Shown here: one piece after another, positions 14,156 to 17,714 of the stretch
Numbering within the stretch: the first letter of the stretch is position 1
Layout of the letters: every line of letters begins with the position of its first letter
Source of the DNA: Candidatus Margulisiibacteriota bacterium
GTDB lineage: Bacteria > Margulisbacteria > WOR-1 > O2-12-FULL-45-9
Direction of reading: 5' to 3'
NCBI GenBank assembly: GCA_043816785.1
Contig: JBDRHP010000058.1
Location: forward strand, 1 to 17,714
Length of the DNA: 17,714 bases
The notes under the pieces: model-generated
Databases searched by the model: none
Told to the model about the DNA's origin: nothing
The model's input: only the letters and a program-made list of their open reading frames with translations
Made by a program: the position numbers and the translations under genes

Positions 14156-14182
14156 TTTTCGTAGTAAATAGGCTAAATCTTG
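14156..14182 (-). promoter_or_regulatory. Sigma28-like promoter
   Basis: CAAGATTT-N11-TACGAAAA; -35 region TGCAAGATTT versus TGCAAGGTTT upstream of the LysM gene. Confidence 0.5.
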
Positions 14183-14203
14183 CATAAAATCGGTTATTTC
14201 TAC

Positions 14204-14232
14204 TGGACAAAACTTCGAGTCTCGCTTAGAAT
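14204..14232 (+). promoter_or_regulatory. Sigma70 promoter for coaX-lysS-metF
   Basis: TGGACA-N17-TAGAAT, 9 nt before ATG 14242. Confidence 0.55.
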
Positions 14233-14241
14233 GTTTGAATA

Positions 14242-15009
14242 ATGATTCTGGCTATTGATCTGGGGAACACCAATATTGTTATAGGCCTGTTTTCCAACAA
14301 GAAATTGCTGTGTCAGTGGCGTTGGCCAACTAGTAAGCTCAAGCTGCCGAAAATAAAGGCAAAACTGGAGAAAGTTATTGTGGCCAGTGTTGTGCCGGCG
14401 ATGAATGGGAAGCTGAAAAAAGCGATCAAAAAACAGTATAATTGTAATGCTTTTTTCGTAACCGCTCAGAATATTCCGGGATTAAAGGTTAAATTGAAAA
14501 ATAAGCAAGAGATTGGCGCGGATCGGGTGGTTGATGCTTTGGCTGCCTATACATTATATAAAGGGCCCTTGGTGATCGTTGACTTTGGCACAGCAACCAC
14601 CTTTGATGCTATCTCAGCTAAAGGGGAATATCTTGGTGGCGCAATTGCTCCGGGGGTTATTTTAGCCAGGGATGCGCTTTATGAACAGGCTGCGAAGCTG
14701 CCCAAGATAGAGATCAAACCGCCAAAGAATATTATTGGCAAGAATACTGTTGCTGCTATGCGGAGCGGTTTGGTTTATGGATATGTGGCGATGGTCGAAG
14801 GCATGATCAAAAGACTAAAATCCGAAATCCTAAATCCTAAATACGAAACAAAATCAAAATCCAAAAATCGAAATCTTAAAGTTGTTGCGACCGGTGGCCT
14901 GGCTCCGCTTATTTGCAAATATACCAAGGTTGTTGATAGAATAGATAACAACTTAACGCTTAAAGGATTAAGGATTATAGCTGAGAAATTGATTGGAACC
15001 TGCGACTGA
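14242..15009 (+). CDS. coaX: Type III pantothenate kinase
   Basis: IDLGNTN, ASVVP, GADR, VDFGTATTFD, GGAIAPG, ATGG, LTLKGL. Confidence 0.96.
   Translation: MILAIDLGNTNIVIGLFSNKKLLCQWRWPTSKLKLPKIKAKLEKVIVASVVPAMNGKLKKAIKKQYNCNAFFVTAQNIPGLKVKLKNKQEIGADRVVDALAAYTLYKGPLVIVDFGTATTFDAISAKGEYLGGAIAPGVILARDALYEQAAKLPKIEIKPPKNIIGKNTVAAMRSGLVYGYVAMVEGMIKRLKSEILNPKYETKSKSKNRNLKVVATGGLAPLICKYTKVVDRIDNNLTLKGLRIIAEKLIGTCD
14815..14880 (+). repeat. In-frame heptamer-like (CCTAAAT/CCGAAAT) tract inside coaX
   Basis: CTAAAAT CCGAAAT CCTAAAT CCTAAAT ACGAAAC AAAAT CAAAAT CCAAAAAT CGAAAT CTTAAA. Confidence 0.8.
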
Positions 15010-15058
15010 AGTCGCGGTTCCATCTGCGCGAGGAACCGAGAATTTATTCTCAGGTTCC
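14994..15058. repeat. Inverted doublet of REP-like bulged hairpins
   Basis: TGGAACC-T-GCGAC-TGAA-GTCGC-GGTTCCA (14994-15022) and, on the - strand, GGAACC-T-GAGAA-TAAA-TTCTC-GGTTCC (15032-15058). Confidence 0.75.
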
Positions 15059-15077
15059 GAGGAAAATGGGAGGATAA

Positions 15078-16595
15078 ATGGCTGAAGAACTGAATGAATT
15101 GCTAAAAGTTAGACGAGAGAAATTAGACGAGCTTAAGGCAAAAGGGATCAATCCTTTTCCTTATCGTTATGAGAAAACCCATACAGCGGCTGAGATTCTC
15201 AAACAATACGAGAAGCTTGGCGAGGGAGAAGAAAGCAAGGAAACCGTATCCCTTGCCGGGCGGATTATGACCAAGCGTGGGCATGGCAGAGCCTCTTTTG
15301 CTACCTTGCAGGATGAGACCGGCCGCATCCAGATCTACTCCAAACAGGACGTTATTGGCCAAGATAAATATGATGTTTATCGCAGGCTTGATATAGGCGA
15401 TATTATCGGGGTCAAAGGCCACATTTTTAAAACAAAAACCAAAGAAATAACAATCCGGGTGGCTGATTTTGAGATCCTGTGCAAATCGCTTCATCCTCTG
15501 CCGGAAAAATGGCATGGCCTGCAAGATAAGGAATTGCGTTATCGGGAAAGATACGTTGACCTGATGGTCAATCCAGGCGTAAAAGAGGTTTTTGTTAAAA
15601 GAAGCAAAATTATTTCTTTGATCAGAAAGTATCTTGAAGCCAAAGGATTTCTGGAAGTTGATACGCCGATCCTCAACGTTCTGCAGGGCGGAGCTGCGGC
15701 CAAGCCATTTGAAACTTATCATGACGCCCTGGACATGCCGCTGTTTATGCGGATCGCGCCGGAGCTTTATTTAAAGAGACTGGTGGTTGGCGGCTTTGAA
15801 AAAGTCTTTGAAATAGGCCGGGTTTTCCGTAACGAGGGAATTTCCTATAAGCATAATCCGGAATTCTCAATAATCGAGATATACCAGGCTTATGTTGATT
15901 ATAATGATATTATGAAATTGACCGAGGATATTATTGTTGCTGCGGCCAAGGAAGTTCTAGGCACGCTAAAAATAGAATATAAAGGGGAGGCGATCGATCT
16001 TACGCCGCCCTGGAAGAGAATTTCTTTAACGGATGCCCTGAAACAGGAAGGCATTGATATTGCCGGGAGAAGCGAAAAAGATATCCGCCAGATCGCTAAG
16101 GTTAAGGGGATCGAAGGCTATGAAGAGATCGGCGTTGGGAAGATCATTAATGTCCTGTATGACAAATTTGTTGAGGCTAAATTAAGACAGCCGACCTTTA
16201 TTATTGACCATCCGATCGAAACCTCGCCTTTAGCCAAAAAGCATCGTAAGAACAAAGGTCAGGTCGAAAGGTTTGAATTGATCATTGCTGGAATGGAGCT
16301 GGCTAATGCTTTTTCTGAGTTAAACGATCCGATCGACCAGCGTGAAAGGTTTGATAAACAGGCCGAGTTAAAAGCAGCCGGGGACCAGGAAGCCGAATCA
16401 ATGGACGAGGATTTTCTGCGGGCGCTCGAATACGGTTTGCCGCCGACCGGCGGCCTGGGGATCGGCATTGATCGCCTGGTGATGTTATTAACTGACCAGC
16501 CGTCGATTCGCGATGTCCTGCTTTTTCCGCACATGAGGCCGTCGGCTAAGGCCCAACCCAGCGCAGCAGAGATCAAAATACTGGATAAGAAATGA
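15078..16595 (+). CDS. lysS: Lysine--tRNA ligase (class II)
   Basis: PLPEKWHGL, RYRERYVDL, RIAPELYLKRL, FRNEG...HNPEF, ELANAFSELNDP, GLPPTGGLGIGIDRL; SD GGGAGG. Confidence 0.98.
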   Translation: MAEELNELLKVRREKLDELKAKGINPFPYRYEKTHTAAEILKQYEKLGEGEESKETVSLAGRIMTKRGHGRASFATLQDETGRIQIYSKQDVIGQDKYDVYRRLDIGDIIGVKGHIFKTKTKEITIRVADFEILCKSLHPLPEKWHGLQDKELRYRERYVDLMVNPGVKEVFVKRSKIISLIRKYLEAKGFLEVDTPILNVLQGGAAAKPFETYHDALDMPLFMRIAPELYLKRLVVGGFEKVFEIGRVFRNEGISYKHNPEFSIIEIYQAYVDYNDIMKLTEDIIVAAAKEVLGTLKIEYKGEAIDLTPPWKRISLTDALKQEGIDIAGRSEKDIRQIAKVKGIEGYEEIGVGKIINVLYDKFVEAKLRQPTFIIDHPIETSPLAKKHRKNKGQVERFELIIAGMELANAFSELNDPIDQRERFDKQAELKAAGDQEAESMDEDFLRALEYGLPPTGGLGIGIDRLVMLLTDQPSIRDVLLFPHMRPSAKAQPSAAEIKILDKK

Positions 16596-17467
16596 AAGTA
16601 ATTGAATCGCTAGGAGAAGGCCAGCCAACTTTATCTTTTGAGTTTTTTCCTCCGAAGACAAAAGAGCAGGAAGAACAACTATTCCAGGTTATCGAGAGCC
16701 TGCTAAAGTTCTACCCTAATTTTGCTTCGGTCACCTGTGGGGCCTTGGGGACAAATAAAGATAAGACCTTATATTGGGCAAAACAGCTTCAAGAGAGATT
16801 TCAAATCGAACCGTTAGCGCATATGACCTGTGTGGCAGCCACCAAAAAAGAAATTTTGCAGCAACTTGAAGAAATGAAGGCGTTGGAAGAAATGAATATT
16901 CTGGCGCTGCGCGGTGATCCCCCAGCTGGCGATGAAAAATATACTCCTCCTGAAAATGGTTTTCTCAATGCTAAGGAACTGGTCGCCTATATTAAAAGTC
17001 GGCGCATGGATTTTTGCGTTGGCGTAGCTGGTTATCCAGAAGGGCATCGCGAATCCCCTTCTTTAGAGGCGGACATCCAGTATTTAAAAGAGAAAGTAGA
17101 CGCAGGAGCGGATTACATTATTTCCCAGTTATTTTTTGATAATCGCTATTTCTTTGATTTTCTCGACAGATGCAAAAAAGCCGGCATCAAGGTCCCGATT
17201 ATTCCGGGAATCATGCCCATAACGAGTTTTAGCCAGGTCAAGAAGATAACCGAGATCTGTGGAGCAACAATTCCACCAAAGCTTCTTGATAAACTGGAAA
17301 GATTTAGCGGGGATAATGAAGCTGTGGCTCAGTTGGGAATAAAGCAGGCGGTAGCTCAGTGCCAGGAGCTTCTTGAGGCGGATGTTCCAGGGCTGCATTT
17401 CTTTGTAATGAATAAATCAGGGCCGATTTCGATAGTCTTGAAAAACCTCACCCCGATTAATAAATAA
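16592..17467 (+). CDS. metF: 5,10-methylenetetrahydrofolate reductase
   Basis: SFEFFPPK, AHMTC, ILALRGDPP, AGYPEGH, KVDAGAD...SQLFFD, IIPGIMP, GLHFFVMN; ATGA overlap with lysS. Confidence 0.96.
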   Translation: MKVIESLGEGQPTLSFEFFPPKTKEQEEQLFQVIESLLKFYPNFASVTCGALGTNKDKTLYWAKQLQERFQIEPLAHMTCVAATKKEILQQLEEMKALEEMNILALRGDPPAGDEKYTPPENGFLNAKELVAYIKSRRMDFCVGVAGYPEGHRESPSLEADIQYLKEKVDAGADYIISQLFFDNRYFFDFLDRCKKAGIKVPIIPGIMPITSFSQVKKITEICGATIPPKLLDKLERFSGDNEAVAQLGIKQAVAQCQELLEADVPGLHFFVMNKSGPISIVLKNLTPINK

Positions 17468-17511
17468 TCCTCATCCCAATCTTTTAAATAATTGTTTATT
17501 TTGTCTTCTAT

Positions 17512-17540
17512 ACCCTTCTCCATTGAAAATGGAGAAGGGT
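17512..17540. terminator. Perfect 13-bp hairpin after metF (terminator or CCCTCTCC/GGAGAGGG-type palindromic repeat)
   Basis: ACCCTTCTCCATT-GAA-AATGGAGAAGGGT followed by AT-rich TAATTATTT. Confidence 0.55.
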
Positions 17541-17602
17541 TAATTATTTATCTTAAACTAATAAATTCTTCCCTCTCCCTCTGGAGGGTGTCCAATAACA
17601 CT

Positions 17603-17636
17603 CATGAAACCTGCGACTAAACGTCGCGGTTTCATG
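17603..17636. repeat. Third REP-like bulged hairpin
   Basis: CATGAAACC-T-GCGAC-TAAAC-GTCGC-GGTTTCATG; same core and T bulge as 14994-15022. Confidence 0.78.
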
Positions 17637-17649
17637 GACAGAGTCTTTC

Positions 17650-17714
17650 CTATGCCATTTGTTGTGCTAATTTGGGGCTTATGAGCCATTCTTGTTTTCC
17701 TTTTAGGTGCTTTT
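17650..17714 (-). CDS. Possible 3' end of a gene entering from the right edge
   Basis: Open frame ...KHLKGKQEWLISPKLAQQMA* ending at TAG 17652-17650; too short to assign. Confidence 0.25.
   Translation of the reverse strand, partial: KHLKGKQEWLISPKLAQQMA

Noticed and set aside
13009..14676. coaX and its fragment as a DGR template/variable repeat pair
   Set aside because: The differences are not adenine-specific; they are mostly synonymous third-position changes.
380..17398. Other short ORFs in the track that are antisense or out of frame within assigned genes (e.g. 8592-9059, 15123-15722, 5219-5656)
   Set aside because: They are shadow ORFs of well-supported genes with no motifs or independent start signals.
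17584..17645. IS or MITE terminal inverted repeats (GAGGGTGTCCA / TGGACAGAGTC)
   Set aside because: Only 6 contiguous matching bases and no target-site duplication; not reported as a mobile element.

Overview
Bacterial chromosomal window, possibly from an uncultured lineage such as Saganbacteria/WOR-1 (low-confidence inference). The + strand carries a housekeeping backbone: macrodomain gene, mutM, FAH-family hydrolase, C39-like peptidase, tRNA-Arg(CCG), secD-secF-uppP-rluD and coaX-lysS-metF. Accessory genes sit on the - strand, and three hidden layers stand out. (1) Two four-helix-bundle (IVP/Avd-like) genes, one missed by the ORF track, share a near-identical sigma54-type -24/-12 element and a TGT-N10-ACA-type enhancer at exactly the same spacing, and each is associated with short-period tandem repeats. 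Related repeats of period 6-9 nt form intergenic inverted hairpins, one of them a symmetric four-way junction, and are inserted in frame in three housekeeping genes. (2) Four - strand orphan transcription units each have a sigma28-like promoter with an exact 11-nt spacer. They encode proteins with low-complexity N-termini (RPE-domain fusion, LysM, FN3-like paralogue pair), suggesting a type III/flagellar export regulon. (3) A mostly synonymously diverged coaX fragment lies between the two tandem paralogues as a recombination scar. REP-like hairpins and a dif-like site are also present. All family assignments come from motif recognition by eye, not database searches.
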